A model generated the notes under the pieces. That model was not told the DNA's origin and made no database searches. It worked only from the letters and a program-made list of their open reading frames with translations. From the human T2T-CHM13v2.0 reference genome, Homo sapiens: DNA of 64,000 nucleotides. Numbering within the stretch: the stretch's first letter is position 1; each line of letters starts with the position of its first letter. The stretch lies in NCBI RefSeq assembly GCF_009914755.1, contig NC_060934.1, one strand, 5' to 3'. The translations under genes were made by a program, and so were the position numbers. Positions 1 to 11,570 of the stretch are shown here, in pieces.

Positions 1-1901
1 TAGAAATATTACCATCTCTAGAATTGTGACAACCTCCCTTAGGTTTGCTCATTTGGGCTCCCAATTGCATTCAAGAAATGCTTAATAGGTACTCATTATA
101 GGTGGGCCCTGCTTGGATAAAACTAGAGCTGCCATATTGTTTTACGAATGTAAAGCCAAGAGAGACTTTTCTTGTAGCGAAACTGAGAGGCCTTCCCCTT
201 TTCAGCCATACCCACACACAGACTTGGGAATCAGTCACCTTCAAGAGATCTAATTGGGTTTTCATTAGACCCCTGCTTTCCAAAATTCAGCTAGAGCCCC
301 TCTAACCCCAGACTTCTCGAGATTCATGCAAGATCCCTGGGGCTTGAATTTCTACCCTCCCTCTGGCTCCAAGTTCCTCTTTCTGTGAGTCTCTAACTTC
401 CACTTAAGGCCCACCTTCTATTGTATTTCCCTTCTGTCAGCTAAGCCAGGCTCTGAACTGTCCAGATGTGAAATGTGGCCCCCTTTCTGTGCTTTCTTCC
501 TCAAGCCCACTCATTCAAGGCATATGGTCGTTAACTGTTAACTATAGCTCTCCAATAAGTGGTAATTGACCGTCTAGGATACCGAGAATAAAAGCACATT
601 CTAGCAAATGATTCCAGACCATGTAAAGATTTTTTAATTATCTTTTTTCTTTTTAAATTCCATTTTGTCTTTCTTTTTATATTTTAAGAAGCAGTTTCTG
701 ACAAGGAGTTTCCATAATTCAGTAATGACTTCCTTAGCCAGGTATAAATTTTATAGAGAGGTAATCTACATGGTATCTCATAGAGGCACTCAAATTTTTC
801 TCAGTTAACAAATGAAATACATGGAAATAATCCATGGCAAAAAAAAATTTCTCAACACAAATTTGACTTATAGATAATGTATGATCAAGGTTAAGGATAT
901 GCTATTCTAATAAATATTACTCAATAAAAAATATTTCTAATGAAGTTGTGGGTAGCACATTATCCACTTTTCAAATGATTTGCTTTTATACGTTTCTATT
1001 TTTTGCACATTCCAGAAAGAGTCATTTTGATTTAATTGAAAGCAACTGTGAAAATCAAGTCAATTTAACATCATTTATAAAAATAATCTTTTAAAATGGG
1101 CTGAGTGATTGAAGGAAAATGCAGTTTTATTTCCCTTTTTTGGATCACTAAAACAAATTCATTATAACTTGCATAGATTAAATCATAGCTGAAGATTTAG
1201 CAGGGAATTGAGATTACTAGACAATGAAAACTCTTCTGTGGTCAAAGAATTTTTTTCAGAGCCACTTAGTTGAAATGCAGTATACATAAAAGCCTAGTGT
1301 ATTTTGGCAACTCTTAACTCTGAGATTTACATCTTTTGCTATTCCACTTTAAAATTAAAATATTCAAAAATGTCTTTTATTCGCCTTTTCAGCCATTTAG
1401 TTTCATTCCTTACACTATGCCCTAGACATGGTGAACCTGATTGCCTGCAGAGTGAATTAACGAGTCTTTTATGTCAATGGGAGTTGATTAACATTTGTGA
1501 CATTTTCAAATCAATCCTCCTATGTTCTCCAATTATGGCCTCATTGTGGTTAGGCACCATCCTAGGGGAAAGAAACAAAGGGTGGGTGGGAATCATCATA
1601 CTTACAACTGACTTCAGAAAAGCAAATTAATAAAGGGAAGTGTCTCTAAATTATGTTTTCTGTTGTTGTTTGTTACAATAAATGCTGAATGCAAATGCAT
1701 GTTCTTTAAGTGTCTTGGCTGTCCTTCAAAAATGTGAGTTATTTTGACAGAAGGCAAAAGTTCTTTCCTTCAACCTGTCTCCATAGTTAATTTAGATTAA
1801 TCTGGTTGTTTTTTCAACATGTGGGCATTTCTAAACTTTAAAGTTAATAGTATTTACACAGCAAATGTACTAAACAATAACATTACAATATCACAAAAAT
1901 G

Positions 1902-1946
1902 ATATAAGATGATTTTAAATGAAAATATAAGATGATTTTAAATGAA
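1902..1946. repeat. Short tandem duplication, 22-bp exact unit, 23-bp period
   Basis: ATATAAGATGATTTTAAATGAA occurs at 1902-1923 and 1925-1946. Confidence 0.9.
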
Positions 1947-1989
1947 GGTTATTTAAAGCTATAGCTGGTTTTTATACTACATAAATTAG

Positions 1990-2150
1990 GCTAAAATTTA
2001 TATAACATATATTTGTATTTCAAACATAATATAATATATTCTATTGTGTATATAATTATATAATAATATATATTAGATGCATAATTATATAATTAACATA
2101 AATATATCTAAATATTAAATAATTAATGATATAATTATATATATCATTAA
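1990..2150. repeat. AT-rich low-complexity tract
   Basis: Almost pure A/T with ATATA/TAAT words. Confidence 0.8.
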
Positions 2151-2582
2151 GACAAACCTTGGCACTAGTTTCTGGGTAACCCTGAATCAAACACTAACTT
2201 ACCTGGCTCTTTATCTCTATTACTTAAGAAGTTTGGACTAGATATTCCAAAGTGCTTTGATTTGACAATTTATTATGGAAGAGACATTCCGATAATTATC
2301 AGTTGGATCTTTTTGTAGAAACATATTTTCCCTTCTCAGCCCCACTTTCTCTCACTTACTAGTTATTCTCACCAGGTAAGTCAGGACATGCTGATATTTT
2401 TGAAAGTTTCACAGGAATTCCACCAAATTTTAATTGTGGTGTAAAAGTTGTTTTTGCTTCAACTGAGGATATGTATTATGTTTTATGATATGTTTGATGA
2501 AACATTGTCGGCAGTTCTTTCAAGAAGGTTAAGATATAATTTGCCAAAAATAAAGGGTAGAAGGAGAATCACTATGTCAAAC

Positions 2583-2909
2583 CAGTGACTGCTGTCCAGT
2601 ATGGCAGCCATTGGTCACATCAGCTATTGAGCACTTGAAATGTGGCTAATCCAAATTGAAATGTGCTGCACGTGAACAATTCATACCAAATGTTGAAGGC
2701 TTAATGCAAAAATAAAATGAAATATGTCAAGAATATTTTTATGTTGATTATATTTTGAAATGATAATCTTTTTGGATATAGTATATTACATACAACATAT
2801 TGTTAAATTAATTTCACCTTTTTCCCTTTTACCTTTTTAAAAATGTGGCTACTAGAAAAGTTTAAATTCCATATGTGGTTTCCATTATATCTCTTGGACA
2901 GCAGTGCTG
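2583..2909. mobile_element. MER33-like hAT-Charlie DNA transposon (MITE)
   Basis: Terminal inverted repeats CTGCTGTCCA...TGGACAGCAG. Internal GCTATTGAGCACTTGAAATGTGGCTAATCCAAATTG and AATGTGGCTACTAGAAAA match the recalled MER33 consensus. Confidence 0.85.
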
Positions 2910-3191
2910 TAGAGTCACCTGTTTATTGGAACATGAAAGAATTGCCTTGTAATATATAAGAAAATATGATCAGGTCAACAGCGTTTCCAACAGCTGCATA
3001 ATGCAAGGCGTAATTGAATAGAAATATAGATCTACTATAGCTGTGATTGTCTTAAAGTGAATTATGACTTGTTTAGTCTTTTTCTGAGCTTCTAACACCC
3101 TGTAATGTGTACCCTCCTACACCAGATACAGAGGGCCAAGAACAATGTCTCCTTCAGCTGTAGGTTAATGTTGAAACTCTGAATGTTCCTT

Positions 3192-3239
3192 CTAGTATCT
3201 TCAGGGACACGTTTGTCTCCGTGTCCCTGAAGATACTAG
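3192..3239. repeat. Perfect inverted repeat (20-bp stem, 8-nt loop)
   Basis: CTAGTATCTTCAGGGACACG (3192-3211), loop TTTGTCTC, then CGTGTCCCTGAAGATACTAG (3220-3239), the exact reverse complement. Confidence 0.97.
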
Positions 3240-4559
3240 GGACACTCCAACATACGCCTAATTCCCAGGGTAGATAAGAGAAATGAGCAGGAAAAAAGCA
3301 GCCACTTTTCTTAAGATTGAATCTCTAACTTGGACCTCAGTTGTGTTTGTAACTCAGCCTCAGTCTCAGAGGACATCATTAGCTCTGCCTAGCTCTTCCC
3401 TTCTTCTCCCTACCCAGAAGCAAAGGAGATTTGCCTTCAGCTTGGTGTTTTCCATTGGTGTGCCTTTTTTGAATTTTTTCAGGAGTTAGCTACTAAGTAC
3501 ACTTCTGTGTGCATTTGGAGATGTATGGACAGAGAAGTGTGTTTTGAAGGGATAGAATTTGGAAGTGAGAGATGAAGGACCTGAGCATGTTCAAAATGCA
3601 GTTAACTCTTTGAGGGCCAGTGGTTCTTTTATGAAGGTCCCACTGTGCTCCAGTTCTTAGTCTTGCTTCTTCCCTCTCATTTGTTCTGTTCTGGAAAATT
3701 TCAAGCCCAAACATCTGTTTTGAAGTGCTATGCTCCTTTCTGGAAAACAGTATTTTTTATTAATTCCCAAGTTTGCTTGTTTCCGCCTTATCATCCCCAG
3801 ATGTTTTGTCCCTCTCTCCATTTTTTCTCATTCTAGTAATTGTGCAAACCCAGGAATAGCTTCTGGCAGATTTTTTTCCCCCTTTTGGATCACCCTGCAC
3901 AACTTTCACCCAGAATTCTATCTCTGCTCTTTGCCCATCTTTCAGTGGACTTTGGCCAAAGTCCATGAAGGATTTGGGAGGCTAGGGTAAGAAGGTGAGC
4001 AGTAATTTCTATTCTACAATAGATAAGGGTCTCCTTGTAACCATAGTATCTATGCACAGGTAGAGCTACAGAGAAGGGAAATATATTTCATGACCACAGA
4101 GAAAAGGTCTTTTGTTGCTGTTTTATTTGTCTGCTACTAAAAGATAAAGCAAGCATAAAAGTTTGCTTTTTTAAAAAAGAATAACATTTTATCCTTTTTA
4201 TTTTTAAAGAAGAAAGGTAAGAGCATATAAGCCAGCCATGATATTATAGGATAAGAGTCGAGAACAGTCTTTATATGTTATAAATATAATAATAACAGCA
4301 CATCAAATCTAGCACATTACAGTTTTTGCAGAGTTTTCACCCACAGATATGGAAAGATGGAGGAGGTTGGGAGTCTGAGACCCTCCAAATGGAGTAGTTG
4401 AGTCCTGGAGTTAGTTTGGATGCAACTCTGAAAAAAAGCTTTGGAAATTTGGGCAAATCATTTTTCTTCTATATTCCCCTGTGACTTCATTCACACCTGG
4501 CAATGATTTTACATTATTTTGGTTTTCACAGAAATTGTATGCTCTTAGTGGCAAAATTT

Positions 4560-4665
4560 TATTTATTTCCATTTCATGGAAGAAGAAACAGACCTAGAGA
4601 GGTTCAGTTTTTTATCTAAGATCACACCACTGCTCGGTAATAGGCTAAGGGTCAGAGTTCAGGTC
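4560..4665 (-). mobile_element. MIR SINE fragment
   Basis: GAAACAGACCTAGAGAGGTT...AAGATCACAC resembles the reverse-complement MIR core. Confidence 0.6.
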
Positions 4666-5238
4666 CTCCACTGAGGTTGAGTGGAGCCTTGGCTGTTGGT
4701 CAGCCATGGAGGCCGTTGGTTTCCAAGGACACCCCCAACCAGTGTTGTTCATTGCTTTCTGTTTAACTTTATGTGTGTGGGTATTGGGAAGCTGAGGCTA
4801 GACCTGTTGACTATGTTGCATGACTTTCTTCCATGCTCCAGTCCATGATGTGTTGAGGAAGACAGGGCACGTGTCTGTGAATGCAGAGCCAAACCGGGCC
4901 TCTGGGGGGTGAGGAGGCTGAGATGAACAAACTGCTTTGCCTTCCTCTTGGAGAGAAAGACAGATACCCTTTGGGCACCTGAGGCTGGTGCAGCTCTGTT
5001 CCCCTGGAAAAGATTCTGGAAGACAGGAAGAATCTCAGAAAGGGCCCTGTTATCTTCCAGTGTGAGTTTTCTGAATGTTGAAATGGAGAAAGGAAAGAAA
5101 GCAGAAAACTTATTATGTCTACAGAGATTTCGAATCTAAGCCTTCTCTGTGAAAAGTTGGCAAAACACGAGGATTGATTTGACTCTTACTAAGAAAAAAG
5201 ATGAAGGTGCTGACATGACTGATGATAGGATTAGGGTT

Positions 5239-5330
5239 TTCATTCATTCATTCATTCATTTATTCATTCTTCTGTTTAACAAATGGTTGCTAAGTGTGCA
5301 CTACAGGTAAGGCACTTGCATAGTGGGCAG
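5239..5330 (-). mobile_element. L2 3' end with (TTCA)n tail
   Basis: (TTCA)n followed by AACAAATGGTTGCTAAGTGTGCACTACAGGTAAGGCACT, the typical reverse-complement L2 terminus. Confidence 0.65.
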
Positions 5331-6829
5331 TCTCATTCAGAGGCAGGATCTGTAGAAAGTAGGAGAGAGATTACAGTTAACCGGGAGAAACAGAGAGTTG
5401 AATACATATTAAGAGGAAACATAGTGAGATACCAGGCAGATCTGTGGAATGATTTACCCTCTTTTAACCACAAAAGCGAGGATAGCCAAGAAGTTGATCA
5501 GACACTGACTAAAAAGAGACACAGTTCTTGTTCAAGGCACTGTGTGGACTCCATTCCTGGTTTCCCTGGCCAAAGACCCCTTCTTATGGGAAAAGGCACA
5601 TGCAAATTAGGTAAGCAGTGATAAGAGACAGAGTACGTGTGGTTTTGGTTCTCTCCACTGCAGAAGAAGGCCTAGAAGGCCTGGAGAGGAGTTTCTGAGG
5701 GTTTGTACCACAAAAGAATGACATCATGAATGGAAATATCAAAAGGTTAATTAGAGCCTGCCCACTTGAGAAAGAGAGACTGTTTACTGATTACAGCCTC
5801 CAACCAGTTGCTTATTAACCTCTTAGGTATCCCTGTCATCCCAATGCCCATCAGTCAAGCCCTTGATAATCTGAATTCTTCTAGAACCCCTTCCTTCCAC
5901 CTTTCTGCCTTCCCTCTGCCCCTCTTTTGTGTGTGTACTCATTCACTCACTCACACATTTAATGAACTCGCTGTGTTGCAGGACCTATAACTCACTGCCC
6001 TCAGGATGATTTCCTCCCTGGTCAGTGTTGGGGGATAGAGGAGGCCCAGAGCTTCCTTACAACATATCCATGAGAACTTTATCAGGGAGAAACCAAGAGG
6101 ACCAGCTTGACTCAATAGTTCTGAAACAGATCCTGTGAACATCAGACCAAAACTCATTTAAGTATTTCTGCATGTAATTTAAACCTCTTACTTTTAGTTC
6201 CAAGGATTCATAACAGTTGTTTAATTGCTGGAATGAGTTACCAGAGAAGAACATGGAGTGCCCATTCTTGGAGGCCTTCACAAAGAGAACAATCTACTGT
6301 CTGTTTTGTATGAGTTTCTTTTGCCTAAAGAGATCTTTCCCATTCTCTATTCTATAGCTTTTGGTTGTGCTAAAAGGGACAATTCTAATGGATATTAGTT
6401 TTTTAGTTACTTCTGGTTTGCTACTAAACTCTAATTTTGTCACCAGGGTAAAGGTTTTTCATGATCTTAATCAAAGAAGAGAAAACAGTCTCAAATGTGT
6501 TGTTTGAAAGAGAGGTGCCCAATACATTTTCATCTGAAGAGATTCCAGGAGACCCTCATTCTAAGAGATTGTAGAAGTTACAGAATAGGGTAAATTATGA
6601 TGGCTCTTTTGGAACCATTGACAGGGAAAGGAATACATCAGCAATACATGAAAATGTGTCCTGATTAGTCATTAAACAGCCGACATAAAATATGAACTGT
6701 TCTTTCTTCCTCCATCTGATTCATGTTTACACTTCATATTCCCTGTTAATTTTTTACATTCACTGAGCTTTGAGCAATGAGTCACCATTTTAAGTGATAG
6801 TTCTTGCAGGCAGAATGAAAATTGCACTA

Positions 6830-6923
6830 ATCCTAGAGATGTTCATCCCAGGTCCTCAATTGACAGTGAGGCAATGATCCTAGAGATGTTCATCCCAGGT
6901 CCTCAATTGACAGTGAGGCCATG
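6830..6923. repeat. 47-bp tandem duplication (2 copies, 46/47 identical)
   Basis: ATCCTAGAGATGTTCATCCCAGGTCCTCAATTGACAGTGAGGC(A/C)ATG at 6830-6876 and 6877-6923. Confidence 0.95.
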
Positions 6924-6959
6924 TGAAATGAGAGTTCTAGGGGATACACCTGGGCTTTC

Positions 6960-7410
6960 TTTGCAACATGTTGATCCTCCAGATCAAGTTGTTCAGCAGT
7001 AGGTTGGGAATGCAACTGTAGATGTCAGAGGGGGCTGGAACTAGAAACAGAGATGCAAAGGGAGGTAATGATTTAAGATGTGGGTGTGAGCGAGATCATC
7101 AAGGGAAGCAGGCGCAGCAATGAGGAGGAGAGAGCCAAGGACAGGCTGTTGGAGAACACCTACTCATGGGCAGGAGGACCCAGAGTGCAAAGTTAGCAGA
7201 GTGGGAATACAGGAAGGAGCGTGAGCAAGAGGTCGCCATGTCATGGCCCTCAAGAGAGCAGAGAATCCCAAGGAAAGTATGGTCCACAGGGTAAAATGCA
7301 ACAGAGACGTTTGGCAAAACAGTGGCAAAAAAAGTCATGGGATGGTGGTGGTTACAAGCCTCAGGTAGCTTCTGAGAAAGTGGCTGCAGTAGAGGCTTGA
7401 AATAGATAGA
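6960..7410 (-). mobile_element. L2 LINE ORF2 (RT) remnant
   Basis: Purine-rich plus strand typical of antisense L2. Minus ORF 7099-7416 contains AFYPVDHTFLGILCSLEGHD, resembling the non-LTR RT motif AFDTVDH.LL..L..LG. Confidence 0.75.
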
Positions 7411-7740
7411 AACCACTCTGCAAGATGCTCAGGTGTCCATGAAGAATAATTCAGATTAATCTTCCGAGAAGCCTGATGGCGAAAGAAGGGGAGAGAGAGG
7501 AGGAGAGTTCGAGTGCACGTAAATGATTTTGCTTTTTAAGATTGGAGATTATCTGGGCAAGTATCAGGGTTAGGAGCCTCTGGAAAGAGAGACTGAGAAG
7601 CAGTTGATAAAGTACTGAAGGAGCTGGAAAGAACCGGATTCACAGCCTGAAGAGAAGCTAGCCTAGAAAGAAAATAGATATGGGTGAAGATAAGGGGATT
7701 TCAAAATACAAACACATCCTTATTGCATAAAATTCAAACA

Positions 7741-7910
7741 GCACCACGGCATGATGGCTAAGGCCATGGAACCTGGAGTCAGACTGCCAGGGTTCAAATG
7801 AGGATTTAGCCCCTAAGTAGTCTTTGTGACCCCCAGCATGTTATTTGATACTCTGTGCTCCTGTTTACCCATTTTAAAAATGCGGAAAATAAGGGTACCT
7901 ACCTTATAAG
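7741..7910 (+). mobile_element. MIR SINE
   Basis: CTGGAGTCAGACTGCCAGGGTTCAAAT...TGTGACC...GTACCTACCTTATAAG, the MIR head and core. Confidence 0.8.
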
Positions 7911-9279
7911 ACATATATACATCTTCTTATTCACATTGAATCTGGAATACTTGGTGATGTTTTGTCATCTTAAAACAACAGAATCTTGTTTCATCTTTTG
8001 AATGCAAGTCAAACAGCTCAGACTGAGTTGGTCCAGGTCACACTGAATCTGGAACTCACTCTAGTCTGTGCCTTTCCCCTAGCACTTGCAGCTGCCTCCC
8101 TCATGGCCGAGCTAATCAGTGGGTGATGAGTCAGACAAAAGAGACACCAAACAAACCCTCCTTCACAGTGTGGCAGGTGTGAAGGAAAAATAAACTGTAA
8201 ACAAAGCTGTATTTATCTCACAACAATGCTCCTTGAAAGCACTGTCTTTACTTCCATAGAGAGATACTCCTAACACATTTTTCTACTGCTCAAGAACCTT
8301 CCATGGCTCCCCAGTGCCTATGGAATTACAATGGCAACATGCCCAGGCTGGGCTTTTCTTTTTGGCGACTAGTCCTGATGTTTTAGCTGAAACCATCTAA
8401 AATATGATTAGAATTCAAAATTAATTTTGTAATGGAGAGAGTCTGAAGGTTTCGTAAAGTTCCTGGAATATGCGAGTTTGGGCACTAACACTCTAAATAT
8501 TTTAGCCCGATATTCAACTTCATCCATTATCTAGCATCAGTTTAGTATCCTAATATTATGTCCTATACTGTCTACTCAAATAGTGTTTCCAGTACACTAC
8601 TGTCTTCATCGTCTCTTAAGCTGGTCTGGGCAGTCCCACCTCTGTCTTTGTCTTGTTGTTATCCTAACCAGGAATGCCTTTCCTCCATCTATCTGCCCAC
8701 CTAACAACCACCCAAAATTGAAGCCTCATTTGAAATACCCCCTTTAACTGTGAAACATTTTCTGAAAACTATTGGCTAAAGGGAACTCTTTTCTTTACGC
8801 TGCTCCATTTACTAGTTGTCTTTTCTTTTTTTCCTTTGGATCTCTCATTTTATTTAATTTCTAACCCATTTTCATTGTGTAAAATTCATACAGTATAATA
8901 AAATCTCCCAGTACCACATTTTACTCTGAAAGAATTACTGTTACAGTTTTGATGTGTGTCTTTTCATGCTTTTTTTCTATGCACTTATGGACTTGTGAAT
9001 ATATAGATAAATATAGCTGTGTTTATTAGTTATTTTTTAATGTTTTATATTTTATTTCTTGATAGTAAATTCCTTGAGGGAAGTTTATGCATCTTTTATC
9101 TCTCACATTTGCAATAGAGTCTCTGAAAAATCAGCTGTTTCCTAAAACCAAATTAGGGCAAGATGGGATCTGCTATGTGCCGAAGTGGTGGTCAGAGAAT
9201 AGCCTTCTTGGATTTGAACATGGGCTCTAAAGTGACTTTTACTTGAGTTCAAATACTAATGTGAATTCGAGCTCTAAAT

Positions 9280-9460
9280 ATTGAGCACTCATTTTGTACA
9301 ACAACCATGAAAAGTGTTTCTTCATTCTGCAACTGGAAACACTGAGAAAAAGTGATTGAATAATTTGCCCAAATCCACTCACCTAGTATGTGGCAAAGTG
9401 AAAATTTGAACCAGATCTTGCTGGCTGTAAATTCTTTATTCTTTCCATTAGAGTATGCTA
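9280..9460 (-). mobile_element. MIR SINE
   Basis: AAACACTGAG...TAATTTGCCCAAATCCAC...CTAGTATGTGGCAAAG...TTTGAACC. Confidence 0.7.
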
Positions 9461-9681
9461 CTTGGGAAACTGAAAGAATGAGCACAGTGAAGGCAAGATG
9501 GACATTGACTAGGCTGAATTCGTTTGTTGATTCAATTACATGATAGGTGTTGTGGTAATGCTGGAATAAAGACAAGTTAGAACTCTTTTTAACTTCCCAG
9601 GGAGGATGGGCTCAAGAATCAAATTAAGTGAATTTATCTTTAGATAAATTCATATCTTTAAAATTTCATGCATCTTTTCAC

Positions 9682-9992
<311 letters not shown>

Positions 9993-10419
9993 ATCTTTTC
10001 ACCTTTCTTATGTGTGTTGGCATTTTCGTTTTAACTGCTCTTGACCTCTAAATTTCACTGCCTGCCTGAGCCTTTGGTATTGCCTTTAAGAGTTCTTTTT
10101 GTTTTTTTGTTTGTTTGTTTTTCTTGAATTTTTATCCTACCCTACTACTAAAACTGTGGTACTGAACTAGTAATTCATAAAACAAGAGACTGAAAGGAAA
10201 ATCAAGCTGATAGAAAATAAACAAGAAGATATCTAGGGGTAATTTCCCAGAAGTGATGCTGTCTGCAGATTTTTTTTTGTTTATGCAACCTAGATCATCA
10301 GGAAGGGCATGAGGATTACATTTTCCTCTCTACCTGCTTCTTTTGGATTGGATTTCTCTGGGTTTTATCCATTAGCCTACTGTCTTTTTTCATCCAATAC
10401 ATCCAATATTCTCTTCCTG

Positions 10420-11570
10420 GAGAAACTTAACCATGCCAAAAGCTGCAGCTAATATTCATATATTGTATCACTGACCCTCAAGACTCTAGGTTCTCTAGAT
10501 TTTTCTTCTACCCTCAGGCCCACACAGCGAATGCTAACTTTGGATCCCTATCTATATTTCCTACAGGCATCACAGCCCCACCCTGCTTCCTCTTCCTCCC
10601 CTTGGCCCCATTCTCCATTTCATATTGCCAATGTTGATGACTGATACCTCTGCCCATCAAACTCTTAGATCAGAAACCTTACTCCCTTACTTTCCATTCA
10701 GTCTGTCATGAATCCCTATTGATTCAACCTTTCAAACAGTTCTTGAACTTTATCACCCCATTTCCATTGCTATGCCTTTAGAGAAGGCGCTCTTAATTCT
10801 TGCCAGGACAGTGTATGTCATGAGTCTTCTAACTGGTCTTTCTGCCTCAGGAGTGATCTGGTTCACAAGTTTGCTTAAAACCTTTCAAAGGAACCCAAGT
10901 TCTTGAAGTAAAAAGAGGGAAACTCTTTTAGGCGTGAGCCCTAATGCGTTTCTGGTGTGTTGTTATCCTAGCCAGTCATTTACCATGCCTCTGTGTGCTC
11001 AAGCCAAAAATGGATAAACATATTTCACCAAATCGAATGCACTATTGTTTCTAAGACACACCACTCTTTTATATTCCACAAAGGGAGGTCAGGGAGGGGG
11101 AGCACTGTCAGCTAAACTATGACTTGTCATCAATGAAAGATAGACCCTAACTTTACAAATGTTAACATGTGAAAGATTATGTGTCCTAGACACAATAAAC
11201 TATGGTACTTGATGTTTCCCTCTGGCCTGTGCTCTCTTGTACATGTTATTCCCTTTGCCCAGAATGTCCTTTGCCCAGAATGACCTCACTAAAATCCCTT
11301 GAGTACCAGGCAAACTCCTGTTTCTCCTTCAAGATCTGCTTTCAATTTCTCCTTTTTCAGGAAGGCTTCCCTGACCAATCTTGATGGAGCTGAGAGTTCC
11401 TCATCTGATGCCCTCTGTGTAGTAAGCATGTGGCGATCATTATTTGTACCCAGCCGTCCATACCCTAAAGAGCAGAGACTGTGTCCTACTCATGGTGTTT
11501 CCTTGATGCCTAGCACAGTGCTGGGAGAGGGTGGGTATTTCATTGGTGTTTGGTTGATAATGAATGTTTC
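10420..11570 (+). mobile_element. L2 LINE 3' region (degraded), interrupted by MER104
   Basis: L2-like blocks CTAACTGGTCTTTCTGCCTC, GCAAACTCCTGTTTCTCCTTCAAG, GAAGGCTTCCCTGACC and GCCTAGCACAGTGCTGG. Confidence 0.7.
11018..11205. mobile_element. MER104-like TcMar-Tc2 DNA transposon
   Basis: About 185 bp with degenerate TIRs (CATATTTCA...AAACTATGG, followed by TA). Internal TAAACTATGAC and ATGTTAACATGTGAAA resemble the recalled MER104 consensus. Confidence 0.65.

Noticed and set aside
6130-6360. Possible L3/CR1 fragments (also about 2940-3060 and 54940-55100)
   Set aside because: The resemblance is too degraded to support a call without a profile-HMM search.
6830-6923. Repeat unit of CRISPR-like length
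   Set aside because: Only two adjacent copies with no unique spacers, in a eukaryotic context with no cas genes.
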